From Bacillota bacterium (GTDB lineage Bacteria; Bacillota; SHA-98; Ch115; JABLXJ01), in contig DUMQ01000098.1 of NCBI GenBank assembly GCA_012839815.1, positions 376-64,375 on the forward strand: 64,000 nucleotides of DNA, written 5' to 3'. The notes under the pieces were generated by a model that saw only the letters and a program-made list of their open reading frames with translations, ran no database searches and had not been told where the DNA came from. The position numbers and the translations under genes were made by a program. Each line of letters starts with the position of its first letter. Position 1 is the stretch's first letter. Shown here in pieces: positions 50,800 through 60,646 of the stretch.

Positions 50800-51120
50800 G
50801 CCGGCGCAAGCCCCGCCCTCCAGGGCTGGGGATAAGGCGGATTGCATTATACTATGCCACGCAGTATAATGTTACCATGAAACGCGAGTTCGAGTCGAAC
50901 AAGAACATCGTCTACTCGTGCAAGTACCATGTGGTGCCGACCTTATGGACACAGTTATCTGGCCGGGTGCGGAACGGCTCCTGCGGGCGGCGTGGCGGCG
51001 GGCTGTAGTAGAGAACCAACCTGCGAGTGGAAGGATTCCTTCCTCCTTCGGGTATACCCGGAGTCAGAGCGGGGCGTCCGCAGAATGGAAGACAACCGAG
51101 GCTACAAAGAGACTCCGGGA
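50800..51120 (+). mobile_element. IS200/IS605 family remnant (left end plus truncated tnpA); right boundary uncertain
   Basis: CAAGCCCCGCCCTCCAGGGCTGGGGA end hairpin; ATG 50877 MKREFESNKNIVYSCKYHVV resembles TnpA N-terminus, then similarity breaks. Confidence 0.75.
50842..50870 (+). promoter_or_regulatory. SigA-type promoter inside IS left end
   Basis: TTGCAT-N17-TATAAT. Confidence 0.65.
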
Positions 51121-51138
51121 GGGTGACTTCCAAAAACC

Positions 51139-51963
51139 ATGATATCGTTCGTGGATGCGCTCTTAGAACTCCTTTTCCCTCCGGCGGCGCTGTGCGGACT
51201 ATGCGGAAGGCCGCTTGCTGGCAAGCGTTTGAGTGTGGCTGGCGTAGGCCGGAACTGGCTAATCGACCGGAGCATAATGTGGGAGGCCCGGGGAACTATA
51301 TGCTCTACCTGTTTGAGGCGGATACCGTTTGTCGTCGCGCCATTCTGTATAAAGTGCGGAAAGCCTCTGCGTGCCGCGGCTCGAGATAATGAGAGCACTT
51401 GTTTAGATTGCCGGTCCTGGGGGCGATTCTTCCGGAAGGCCCGGGCCGTGGGGGTTTATGATGGGATCTTGCGCGAGCATATTCATGCCCTAAAATACCA
51501 GGGGCAGCGTAGGGTGGCCGGGGCCCTCGGCTTCCTTATGGCCGGTGTAGCCAGCAGGGAGCAGGGCATGGATTCGGTCGACCTTATAGTACCGGTACCT
51601 CTTCATAGCCGGAGATATGTGGAGCGGGGATTCAACCAGGCCGAGCTGATTGCCGGATCTGTTGGCAGGTATCTGGGTGTGCCTGTAGCCGGGCACGTGC
51701 TTTTTCGCTTGCGGCAGACCCGGTCGCAGAGTAGGCTCTCCCGGGGGGACCGGAGGGACAACTTGAGGGGGGCGTTTCAGGTTGCAAATCCAGGTGACGT
51801 GGCGGGCAGGTCAGTCCTCGTGGTAGATGACGTCTTGACGACGGGCGCCACGGCTGATGAATGCTCGAGGGTCTTGTTGAGGGCGGGCGCCCGGGAGGTC
51901 TACGTGCTGACCGCGGCCGCCGGTGCAATGGAACGGGAATGGAGGACTGATTCAAAAGGCTGA
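51139..51963 (+). CDS. comFC: ComF family protein (double Zn ribbon plus PRTase)
   Basis: LLFP..CGLC, CIKCG, LKY, VPVPLH, RGFNQA, VVDDVLTTGAT. Confidence 0.92.
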   Translation: MISFVDALLELLFPPAALCGLCGRPLAGKRLSVAGVGRNWLIDRSIMWEARGTICSTCLRRIPFVVAPFCIKCGKPLRAAARDNESTCLDCRSWGRFFRKARAVGVYDGILREHIHALKYQGQRRVAGALGFLMAGVASREQGMDSVDLIVPVPLHSRRYVERGFNQAELIAGSVGRYLGVPVAGHVLFRLRQTRSQSRLSRGDRRDNLRGAFQVANPGDVAGRSVLVVDDVLTTGATADECSRVLLRAGAREVYVLTAAAGAMEREWRTDSKG

Positions 51964-52054
51964 GAGAGCAAAAGGACGAGAGATATCTTCTCAGAACCCC
52001 CCTGGCCTTAGCCATGGGGAGGTTCAGACCTTGAGAAACGGGGGAAACAGTAAT

Positions 52055-53083
52055 ATGAATTCTTATGAGCGCGTAGTGACCACCTTGTCGGGGGAGATCC
52101 CGGATAGGGTGCCGACCTTTGAGCTTCTGGTGGACCCCGGGGTCATGAGGCAGATCACCGGTAGCGATGATTACCTCGATTTTTGCGAGCAGGTTGAGCT
52201 GGATATAGTATTGACGAACACGCCCTCAAAGCTTTATGAGGAAAAGGTGCTTGATGCCGGGAAGGGCCTGGTCATAAACGAGTGGGGGGTAGTGCGCCGT
52301 TACGGCGAGCAGGCTGTCTCCATTCCCGTAGAAGGTCCCATCAAGGACCCTCATGATCTGGATTCATATCGACCCCCGGATCCCTATGCCGAGAAGCGTT
52401 ACGAGCAGCTTAGAGCCATCGTCAAGCGCTTCAAGGGAAAGAAGTTCATCGGCATGCACCTTCATGATGCCTTCAACTATCCCTTCTATTTGCGCGGCAT
52501 GGAGCAGTTCTTCATGGATACGGTCGAGAATCCGGAGCTTGTGCACCGTCTTGTCCGGTTGTCCGTTGACCATAACATAGCCATAGCCGAGCGTGCCATC
52601 GACCTTGGCGCGGACTTCATCATCCTTGGTGATGATTACGGGAGCAGCGGCAACCTACTGATGTCCCCCAAGACATTTCGTGAGTTTATAATCCCCGGGC
52701 TCAGGGAGGTCGTCCAGGCGGTCAAGGCCAAGGGCGCTTACTGCTTCAAGCACTGCTGCGGCAATATCAACGCCATCCTCGATGATGTGGTGGGCTCTGG
52801 CATCGACGCCCTGCACCCGTTTGATGCCGCCGCCGGCATGGATATCGTGGGCGCCAAAGCCCGGTACCCCAGGCTGACGGTGATGGGCGGCATAAACTGC
52901 GGCGCGCCCTTGAGCGATTACCCGGTGGAGGACCTGGTGGAGGAGGTCAAGCGGACACTGGCCGCTTTAATGCCTGGCGGCAGGTATATCCTCTCGTCCA
53001 GCAACACTATCCACAATAAGGTCAGGCCTGAGAACGTCCTCGCCATGTGGAGGACGGTGCGCGAGTTCGGGGTTTATCACTAA
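52055..53083 (+). CDS. Uroporphyrinogen decarboxylase/MtaA-like family protein
   Basis: PDRVP, NEWG, LRGME, GDDYG, KHCCG, GGRYIL. Confidence 0.85.
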   Translation: MNSYERVVTTLSGEIPDRVPTFELLVDPGVMRQITGSDDYLDFCEQVELDIVLTNTPSKLYEEKVLDAGKGLVINEWGVVRRYGEQAVSIPVEGPIKDPHDLDSYRPPDPYAEKRYEQLRAIVKRFKGKKFIGMHLHDAFNYPFYLRGMEQFFMDTVENPELVHRLVRLSVDHNIAIAERAIDLGADFIILGDDYGSSGNLLMSPKTFREFIIPGLREVVQAVKAKGAYCFKHCCGNINAILDDVVGSGIDALHPFDAAAGMDIVGAKARYPRLTVMGGINCGAPLSDYPVEDLVEEVKRTLAALMPGGRYILSSSNTIHNKVRPENVLAMWRTVREFGVYH

Positions 53084-53235
53084 AATATTCGCAAGAATAT
53101 TCTCGGCTAAAACCTATGATATAGTAAAAACAAAAAGCTGATTCTGGCTTTCCTTTTTGGCACTCGCATAGGGAGTCTCGCATCTCTCCGCCCGGCGGAC
53201 GCGGCTAAGTGTAAGTTCGAAGATTATCGCCCTTT

Positions 53236-53362
53236 TCCCAGGGGTTGCCGGTGCTTGCGTAACGGGGCCTTTTGAAATTTGGCAAGGCCCTCGCGCCAAA
53301 TTTCAACGGAGGTGCGCCGCAAGCGCGCCGTCCCCGGAACGCAACACCGGCAACCCCTGGGA
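53236..53362. repeat. Nested inverted-repeat element (structured RNA or MITE/REP-like)
   Basis: 18-bp perfect outer arms TCCCAGGGGTTGCCGGTG; inner 12-bp arms TTGAAATTTGGC; third small GC hairpin. Confidence 0.75.
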
Positions 53363-53491
53363 CGTGCTGGTAAACTGGCGCAAATTAAGGAACCTACACT
53401 TAGCTGTTTAATGGCATTACCATCAACATGCTACTGTCCTTGAAGTTGCGCGTATAATTTGTATTATGTTATGAAATTTATGTGCATCAGG

Positions 53492-53517
53492 AGGAATTTT
53501 ACCGATATTTGTAGAAT
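53492..53517 (+). promoter_or_regulatory. SigH-like promoter
   Basis: AGGAATTT, AGGA-N18-GAAT. Confidence 0.5.
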
Positions 53518-53534
53518 ATTTATCTACAGGAAAT

Positions 53535-53586
53535 CCAAACTGGTTTGCATAAACCGATTTGCATGCACTGGCTAAACCGGTTTGCA
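53535..53586. promoter_or_regulatory. Three LacI-type operators
   Basis: AAACTGGTTTGCA (53537), AAACCGATTTGCA (53551), AAACCGGTTTGCA (53574) upstream of the LacI-family gene. Confidence 0.7.
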
Positions 53587-53628
53587 ACAAGATAATGCTG
53601 GTTTTATTCTCCGGAGGCATTGATACCA

Positions 53629-54648
53629 ATGACTACTATCAGAGAGGTGGCGCGATATGCCGGTGTGAGCAAGACTACAGTGTCACACGCTCTAAGCGGC
53701 AGGCGGCCAGTTGCAGAGAAGACGAAGGCTAAGATCGCTCAGGTCATCGAAGAGCTAGGTTATCACCCCAATAGCGCGGCACAGAGCCTCGCAACCAAGA
53801 GAACAGGGATACTTGGAATGGTCTACCCTCTACCGGAGTTGAGCGGCTCTGACCGGTCAGTAGTCGAATTCATCTTCAGCGCTGCGGATAAAATGGCCTC
53901 CTTTGGGTACAAATTCTTGCTGTTGACAATGGCATATGAGGAGACTCAAGAGCTTCTAAGAGTTGTCCGCGGGGGGCATGTAGACGGACTGATACTCATG
54001 GATGTCAGGCTGGAGGATGAGCGTGTACGCTTACTGCTGGAGGAAGGTTTTCCTTTTGTCATGATCGGGAGGTGCAAGAGAAACGCGGGACTCGATTACG
54101 TTGACATTGATGCCACATCGGCGATCTATGAGGGGACGAAGCACCTTATCGACCTGGGGCACAAACACATCGTATTCATAGGTATTTCGCCGTGGGATTT
54201 CGGCTACACTCACAGAGGCCTGCTCGGCTACAGGAGGGCGTTGAGGGAGGCCGGCCTTCCCTACGATAAGACGCTAGTCAAAGCCTGTCCGTCTGCGGAG
54301 GGTTACGGTCGCAAGTTGATGAAGGAGCTTCTCGGTGATGGCAGGCATTTTTCGGCGGTTATTACATGCGGGGATTTGATCGCCGCGGATGTCATGAGCA
54401 TGCTACATGAAGAAGGTGTAAGAGTTCCCGGCGATATTTCACTGATAAGTTTCGGCGATTCCCCACTTTGTTCGCTTACCATCCCTCCATTGACAGCATT
54501 GACGATTCATGCCAGGGAAATGAGTGAGATAGCCGTTGACATGCTGGTAAGAAAACTTAGGGGCGAGCGTCTAAGACAACACCAGGTGTTACTGAGGCCC
54601 GAACTGATAGTTAGGGAAACCACCGGGCCAATGTCCCATAGCGGTTAA
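53629..54648 (+). CDS. LacI family transcriptional regulator
   Basis: TIREVARYAGVSKTTVS, LGYHPN, LIDLGH, PPLT, LIVRET. Confidence 0.95.
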   Translation: MTTIREVARYAGVSKTTVSHALSGRRPVAEKTKAKIAQVIEELGYHPNSAAQSLATKRTGILGMVYPLPELSGSDRSVVEFIFSAADKMASFGYKFLLLTMAYEETQELLRVVRGGHVDGLILMDVRLEDERVRLLLEEGFPFVMIGRCKRNAGLDYVDIDATSAIYEGTKHLIDLGHKHIVFIGISPWDFGYTHRGLLGYRRALREAGLPYDKTLVKACPSAEGYGRKLMKELLGDGRHFSAVITCGDLIAADVMSMLHEEGVRVPGDISLISFGDSPLCSLTIPPLTALTIHAREMSEIAVDMLVRKLRGERLRQHQVLLRPELIVRETTGPMSHSG

Positions 54649-54649
54649 C

Positions 54650-54991
54650 TACAAGACCTTTTCAACTCATCTACGCGGGAATGTGAATGAGACATGGGAG
54701 TACATTAAATGGACTCAGGATCGTCAGCGGGTCGAACAGCATTATATTGCCGGAGGGCGGACACCTTCACGGATTGATGTGGCCACCGAATCATCTTACT
54801 GGGCGAAGGATCCCGCTTACTCTGTCTTCCTAAAGCAACTGGAATTTGCAAGACCCCGCGGGCCACATCCGCGATGGCCTGAGATTTCCAATGCTATTCA
54901 GATCGCAATTCAGGAGGCCTTGACGGGACAGCTGACGGCGAAAGCGGCGCTGGCGGCTGCTGCAAAAAAGGTAAACGCCATTCTCAAGTAA
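54650..54991 (+). pseudogene. C-terminal fragment of a sugar ABC solute-binding protein
   Basis: WEYIKW..PSR..FLKQLEFARPR..WPEIS..AIQEALTG; no signal/lipobox; followed by hairpin 55025-55052 and permeases. Confidence 0.75.
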
Positions 54992-55069
54992 GCAGGAATG
55001 AGATGGCTGAATATTAATGAATATCTAGGGGGGCGAGGGAAAGCCCCCCTAGCCAGGAGGTAAGTTACA

Positions 55070-56011
55070 GTGGCTTCCCCCACTAGCCTTATTTTCCGAA
55101 CCCGTAAAGAGTTCTTGAAAAGTCGGAGGTCTGAACAATTCGTCCTATATTTGTTCTTGATACTCCCCATACTTTTTATCCTAGTCTTCACGGGGTATCC
55201 GGTTATCTATAATCTCATCTTAAGCTTCCAACAGGCTGATGTTACTACCCTAAGCGCAACCAGACGGCCGTTTATCGGTTTCGCCAATTATAGCATTTTA
55301 TTGCGGGATAACCTGTTTTGGACGGTATTGAAAAACTCGTTATTATTTACTGCGGGAAGTATCACTTTCCAATTTATCTTAGGATTGATACTAGCTATCT
55401 TCTTTGAAAAAAACTTCTCTATGGCCCCCTTCCTTAGGGGCTTAATTGTAGCTGGTTGGATGGTTCCATCTCTTGTTGTTGGAACGGTATGGAAGTGGCT
55501 TTTGAACACTGATTTTGGTATCATAAACTACCTTTTAATGATGTTACATCTGATCCATAGTAAGGTGTCTTGGCTTGTCTCGCCCGGTTCGGCGTTGTTC
55601 AGTGTGATCTTAGCAAACATTTGGTTTGGTATACCTTTCAATATGCTTTTACTCTCGGCTGGTTTGGCGGGCATACCGGCTGAAATCTACGATGCCGCCA
55701 AAGTAGATGGGGCGAGCGGTATAAAACAGATCAGGCATATAACGCTTCCTATGTTGAAGCCAACCATTTTCGCTGTCCTAATCCTGGGATTAATCTATAC
55801 TCTAAAGGTTTTTGATCTTATCTGGGTTATGACGCGGGGAGGGCCAACAAATGCCACGAATGTCTTGCCAGTATGGTCCTACCAGTTATCCTTCGAATTC
55901 TTTAACTTCGGCCAGGGAGCCGCGATAGCCAATGTATTATTCTTAATCCTTTTAGCCTTGGCTTTTCTTTACGTCACATTTGCGGTCCAAAGAGAGGAAG
56001 AGCTATTATGA
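55070..56011 (+). CDS. Carbohydrate ABC permease 1
   Basis: FIGFANY, YDAAKVDGA, ITLP, TRGGP. Confidence 0.93.
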   Translation: MASPTSLIFRTRKEFLKSRRSEQFVLYLFLILPILFILVFTGYPVIYNLILSFQQADVTTLSATRRPFIGFANYSILLRDNLFWTVLKNSLLFTAGSITFQFILGLILAIFFEKNFSMAPFLRGLIVAGWMVPSLVVGTVWKWLLNTDFGIINYLLMMLHLIHSKVSWLVSPGSALFSVILANIWFGIPFNMLLLSAGLAGIPAEIYDAAKVDGASGIKQIRHITLPMLKPTIFAVLILGLIYTLKVFDLIWVMTRGGPTNATNVLPVWSYQLSFEFFNFGQGAAIANVLFLILLALAFLYVTFAVQREEELL

Positions 56012-56859
56012 AAATGGAGACTTATCCTCTACGAATGCCGAGCCAAAAATCGAAAACCTTCATGAGTATCATAGGTCTCTCAGCTACTGTGATTTACCTC
56101 TTTCCGGTATACTGGATGATAGTCACGTCCTTGAAACGCAGGAGTGAACTTTTCGCAAACCCGCCTACTTTATGGCCACTGCATCCTGTTCTCGATGGTT
56201 ATCGAAGGGCTGTCGAGGTAAATGCATTGGGATACATCCGGAATAGCCTCATAATCGCCCTATTCGTCACAATACTCACCGTCGCGCTCGCTACGGTTGG
56301 ATCCTATGCCATGACAAGGATCAAGAGTAAATGGGCCAAGTGGTCGTTAATGATATTCCTCGTGGCTCAAATGATTCCATCGGTTCTCCTAGTCACTCCG
56401 ATTTATGTTATTTTCCGTAACTTGAATTTGTTAAATACCTATGTAGGCGTCATAATCGCGGATACCACTCTCACATTGCCCCTGGCCGTCATAATCATGC
56501 GTACGGCGATGCTACAAGTCCCCTTGGAAATCGAAGAGGCCGCGCGAATTGACGGAGCTTCATTTCTCCAATTGTTACCCCGAATCGTAACTCCCATGGT
56601 GAGGCCCGGGCTTATCGTAGTGGCCACTATTTCCTTTTTAAATTCCTTTGGCGAGTTCGTATACGCTGTATCGCTCATTAATTTACAAAACATGTATCCT
56701 GCCACAGCCGGTCTGTACGTTTTCACTACGGGCCTGTATGGGCAGGAATGGAATAGTGCCATGGCATATTCCACAATGCTTGTTATACCTATCCTGATCA
56801 TCTTTGTCGTCTTTCAAAAAAGTATCGTGAAGGGTATTACCTCAGGGGCGCTCAAGTAG
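56008..56859 (+). CDS. Carbohydrate ABC permease 2
   Basis: TSLK, IEEAARIDGA, FQKSIVKGITSGALK. Confidence 0.93.
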   Translation: MKMETYPLRMPSQKSKTFMSIIGLSATVIYLFPVYWMIVTSLKRRSELFANPPTLWPLHPVLDGYRRAVEVNALGYIRNSLIIALFVTILTVALATVGSYAMTRIKSKWAKWSLMIFLVAQMIPSVLLVTPIYVIFRNLNLLNTYVGVIIADTTLTLPLAVIIMRTAMLQVPLEIEEAARIDGASFLQLLPRIVTPMVRPGLIVVATISFLNSFGEFVYAVSLINLQNMYPATAGLYVFTTGLYGQEWNSAMAYSTMLVIPILIIFVVFQKSIVKGITSGALK

Positions 56860-56864
56860 GCTAA

Positions 56865-57050
56865 TCTACATTCTCGGCTTCGCGGCCGGGACGGTATGTC
56901 CTTCGTTTTAACGGTATAGCTTTCGCCCAAGAGGTCTTAATCGATGGAAATACACTCTTGCATGTCGATGGAGAGGATAACCTTGCTGACGCAGAGGTAG
57001 ATGGTTGGATGATATCTGATAAAGTTAGACTGATAAAATACGAGGGGTGA
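56865..57050 (+). pseudogene. Start-less C-terminal gene fragment, possibly from a GH31-like protein
   Basis: Open frame STFSASRPGRYVLRFNG..EVLIDG..DGW..KYEG* resembles RSYQVIFH..KVILDG..PGW of the downstream GH31. Confidence 0.4.
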
Positions 57051-57056
57051 TTTATC

Positions 57057-60000
57057 TTGGCTTTATTTGATTCAGTAGAAAAGTTCACGCAAACACCCAC
57101 GGGAATGCTCTTATCCAGCGGCGAAAAGCTCTTGGAGATTCGGTTCGTTGCAGACGATATCTTGAGAATCAGATTGGCTCCTAATGGTATTTTTTCGGAG
57201 GAGCCTTCCTTCGTCGTCGAGGATTGCCCTACCGGCGCTACCCAGGTCAGGGTGGTCGAGAGGGGTGATAGGATAGAAGCGGCCACCCAAAAGGTAAAAG
57301 TGGTCATCGGCCGCAATCCGTTCTCGCTATCAATTGAGGACCTCTCCGGCCGGGTGATCGTCGACACGCCCCGGAACTCACTTGAGGTCGCCAACGGCCG
57401 GGCGATCCAGCGGTTTAGATTATTTGCGGACGAAGGCATTTACGGCCTGGGGCAGGGCACATACCCGCACTTGAACCTGCGGGATCGGGAGCGGAGGATG
57501 TGGCACGAGTGGCGCGGCTACAGCCAGAGTGGACCGGCTGGTATCCCGCTGATGCTCAGCACCAGGGGTTATGGGTTCTTGCTCAACTCGTCATGGCCGT
57601 CCCGTTTCGCTATCGGCAGGGCCGAGCTTGCACCGCCTCCCGACCCGGCAACGGCCAGGACATGGGCACCAGCGCCCTGGCCGCCGGAGGAGCATTCGGG
57701 CGAGGATAACCCGGATGATATAGCCATCCTTTTAGATAATGAACAACTGGACTATTTCCTGATCATCCGCCGGACATTTCCGGAGATCCTGGGCGGCTAT
57801 GCCGAGCTTACTGGCGCAAGCCCTATCCCGCCCCAATGGGCACTGGGATACATCCAGTGCAAGAACCGCTACCGGGGCCTCGAGGAGATATTAGAGGTGG
57901 CTCGCGGTTTCAGGAAGCGGGGCATTCCCGGTGATGTGCTCGTTATCGACTGGTTGTGGTTTAAGACCTTCGGCGACCTCACATGGGACAGGAAGACCTG
58001 GCCCGATCCCGGGGCGATGGCCCGCGAGCTGGCCAGCATGGGCTTCAAACTTATGCAGGCGCAGCACCCCTTTATCGATGAGGGAGCTCTGACATGGGAT
58101 GAGTTCTCGGATAAAGGGTACCTGGTGAAGTTCACCGACGCGGACCAGAGCGGCCAGCTCATCAGCCATCAGAGCATCTACGACTTCACGAACCCCCAGG
58201 CCAGGGCGGACTGGTGGAAAAAGGTCCAGAAGCTATTTGATGATGGGATCCGGGGCTACTGGACCGATATGGGGGAGCCCGAGCTTCACCCGGTTGGCTG
58301 CAGGCACTACCTCGGAAGTAGGGAACGGGTGCACAACATCTATTCCCTCCTCTGGGTCAAGGGTCTGTATGAAGGCCAGCGCTCCTACACGGACCAGCGG
58401 GTCTTCAGCCTGCCCCGGACAGCTTATGCAGGGATCCAGCGCTACGGCGCCGCTTTGTGGTCGGGCGATATAAGCTGCACCTGGGAAGTCCTGCGCAACC
58501 AGGTTATCATAGGACAGCAGGTGTGCATGTCCGGCCAGCCCTACTGGACAACGGATATCGGCGGTTTTATGCTGCCATCGTTTTATGAGCCGGAGCTCTA
58601 CGTCCGCTGGCTGCAGTGGGGTATGTGGTGCCCTATTTTCCGCACGCATGGCACGCGGCCGGCCAACGAACCCTGGTCCTTCGGACCGGACGCTGAAGAG
58701 ATCATAACCCGGTTTATCAAACTACGCTACGAGCTGATGCCTTACATCTACGCCCAGGCCTGGCATACTCACAAGACGGGAGTGCCTATGATGCAGGCCA
58801 TGGTCATGCGCTATCCTGGCGACCGAAAAGCGGTTCAAAGCGAGCTTCAATTCATGTTTGGGCCGAGCTTCCTGGTGGCGCCCGTGGTCGAGCGGGGTGC
58901 CCGCGCCCGGAAGGTCTACCTGCCGGAGGGGAAATGGTACGACTACTGGACGGACCAGGAGGTGTGCGGCCCGGTGGAGATCGAAGCCTTCGCTCCTCTG
59001 GAGCGCATACCGGTTTATGTTAAAGCCGGGTCGATCGTCCCAACGGTGGCCGGGATGCTCCATACGGGGGAGAAGGCCTGGGACCCTCTGCTCATCCACG
59101 TCTACCCCGGCGGCGACGCCGAATTTGTGCTTTACGAGGATGACGGCGCCACCTATGGTTATGAACGGGGCGAATCTGCCAAGACGGAGATCGAGTACCA
59201 CGAGGCAACCCGGTCTCTGGTTATCAACGGCGTTGAGGGTAGATACCCCGGTCAACCCCGGGCCCGGTCGTACCAGGTGATATTCCATGATCAGGAACGC
59301 CCGGAGAAGGTTATCCTGGATGGGAAACCGGTTACTGGTTTATCTGATTATGACGGCAGTTATGACGGCAGCTACGTGGATGACGAACATGAGCCCGGTT
59401 GGCGCTACTACGCGAGATCTAGGAGGCTCGTCGTCAGTGTGCCACACCGGCCCCTGGAGCAGGTGACCTCCATCCTGGTGGTCTCGCAAGCCGCCCCGCA
59501 AGTTTCGCAAGCCCCGCTAGCGGTGGACGCGGTGGGCGCGTTGGCGGCGGGTGAGGGCGCAGGCGCGCCGCGCGAGGAGAAAGCCGCTCCAGGGCCGGAG
59601 GCTGGCAGGATTGGCAAAATTGGTGTGGATGTATCCCGGCCCGGCCCCAGGACGGCCATTGTCTACGCTTATATCGAAAAGAGCTCCGAAAAGGGCTTCA
59701 TGGGAGATGAAGGGACCCCGGTGATCTGGGAATTAAGCGCCCCCCTCGGGTGGCGTTGTTCAAGATTGAACATTCGTCCGGAAGAAACCCCGGTCGGTGT
59801 GGCGGCCTTTGCCGCCTGGGAGCTGGAGGTGGAGGGGGATGAGTTTACGCCCGGCAGCGAGGCGACGGTTACGGCCTCACTTGCTGGTGGCGATGGCGGC
59901 GGAGGGCAAAGCAAGTTGAGCAAGACCGTCCAGCTGCATAGCAAATATCATACCCACTGGTACATCCTCGGCCCGCTGCCCGGTGACGGGGGCGCTGGCT

Positions 60001-60500
60001 TCGACAGGGTCTATCCACCGGAAATGGAGGAATACCTGGACGTGGCGGCCACCTACGAGGGGGTGGAGGGGCAAGCGGTGACCTGGCGGCGCTACGACGG
60101 TTTCGATTGCTTCGGCTACGTGAACCTCCGGGGGATTACGAGTGAGAGGAAAGAGCCCTGGGAGATACGGAGGCCTGAGTATTGGCTGGCTTACGCAGCG
60201 GGCAAGGTCTGGTCGCGGGAAGCGCGCCATGCTTATATCGAACTTCTGGGGGAAGACCGCTTCAAGGTGTGGGTCAATGGAGAATTGGTTATCCTGGCTT
60301 CCGACCGCCCGGCTTTCAGGCCCGTCAGGGCACGTGTCGAGTTGAGGCAGGGGTGGAATACCATCCTGGTCAAATCCACCCAGGATGCGACCAGGGAGTG
60401 GGGCGGCCGGTCCTGGGGCTTTTACTTGAGCATCGTCGACGACGAGGGGCGCGTGATGAACGACCTGCGCTATGCGGCCGCGGTTGGGCAAGATAGGTAG
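57057..60500 (+). CDS. GH31 glycosidase (alpha-xylosidase-like) with C-terminal extra domains
   Basis: PPQWALGY, VIDW, YWTDMGEP nucleophile, WSGDI, TDIGGF, FRTHG, LYEDDG. Confidence 0.92.
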   Translation: MALFDSVEKFTQTPTGMLLSSGEKLLEIRFVADDILRIRLAPNGIFSEEPSFVVEDCPTGATQVRVVERGDRIEAATQKVKVVIGRNPFSLSIEDLSGRVIVDTPRNSLEVANGRAIQRFRLFADEGIYGLGQGTYPHLNLRDRERRMWHEWRGYSQSGPAGIPLMLSTRGYGFLLNSSWPSRFAIGRAELAPPPDPATARTWAPAPWPPEEHSGEDNPDDIAILLDNEQLDYFLIIRRTFPEILGGYAELTGASPIPPQWALGYIQCKNRYRGLEEILEVARGFRKRGIPGDVLVIDWLWFKTFGDLTWDRKTWPDPGAMARELASMGFKLMQAQHPFIDEGALTWDEFSDKGYLVKFTDADQSGQLISHQSIYDFTNPQARADWWKKVQKLFDDGIRGYWTDMGEPELHPVGCRHYLGSRERVHNIYSLLWVKGLYEGQRSYTDQRVFSLPRTAYAGIQRYGAALWSGDISCTWEVLRNQVIIGQQVCMSGQPYWTTDIGGFMLPSFYEPELYVRWLQWGMWCPIFRTHGTRPANEPWSFGPDAEEIITRFIKLRYELMPYIYAQAWHTHKTGVPMMQAMVMRYPGDRKAVQSELQFMFGPSFLVAPVVERGARARKVYLPEGKWYDYWTDQEVCGPVEIEAFAPLERIPVYVKAGSIVPTVAGMLHTGEKAWDPLLIHVYPGGDAEFVLYEDDGATYGYERGESAKTEIEYHEATRSLVINGVEGRYPGQPRARSYQVIFHDQERPEKVILDGKPVTGLSDYDGSYDGSYVDDEHEPGWRYYARSRRLVVSVPHRPLEQVTSILVVSQAAPQVSQAPLAVDAVGALAAGEGAGAPREEKAAPGPEAGRIGKIGVDVSRPGPRTAIVYAYIEKSSEKGFMGDEGTPVIWELSAPLGWRCSRLNIRPEETPVGVAAFAAWELEVEGDEFTPGSEATVTASLAGGDGGGGQSKLSKTVQLHSKYHTHWYILGPLPGDGGAGFDRVYPPEMEEYLDVAATYEGVEGQAVTWRRYDGFDCFGYVNLRGITSERKEPWEIRRPEYWLAYAAGKVWSREARHAYIELLGEDRFKVWVNGELVILASDRPAFRPVRARVELRQGWNTILVKSTQDATREWGGRSWGFYLSIVDDEGRVMNDLRYAAAVGQDR

Positions 60501-60549
60501 GGTAGCGGTGAAGATAGTTCATGGTTTTTGGCTTGATCCCCTTATCAGC

Positions 60550-60575
60550 AGGATATTATCAGCCGCGTGGAGAAT
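60550..60575 (+). promoter_or_regulatory. SigH-like promoter upstream of xylulokinase
   Basis: GCAGGATAT, AGGA-N18-GAAT. Confidence 0.5.
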
Positions 60576-60646
60576 GAGTTATAGACGAGAATGGTTTACA
60601 GACCGGCTTTGAGATAAAGTGCCCGGGTAGATGGGGGATCAAAGGG

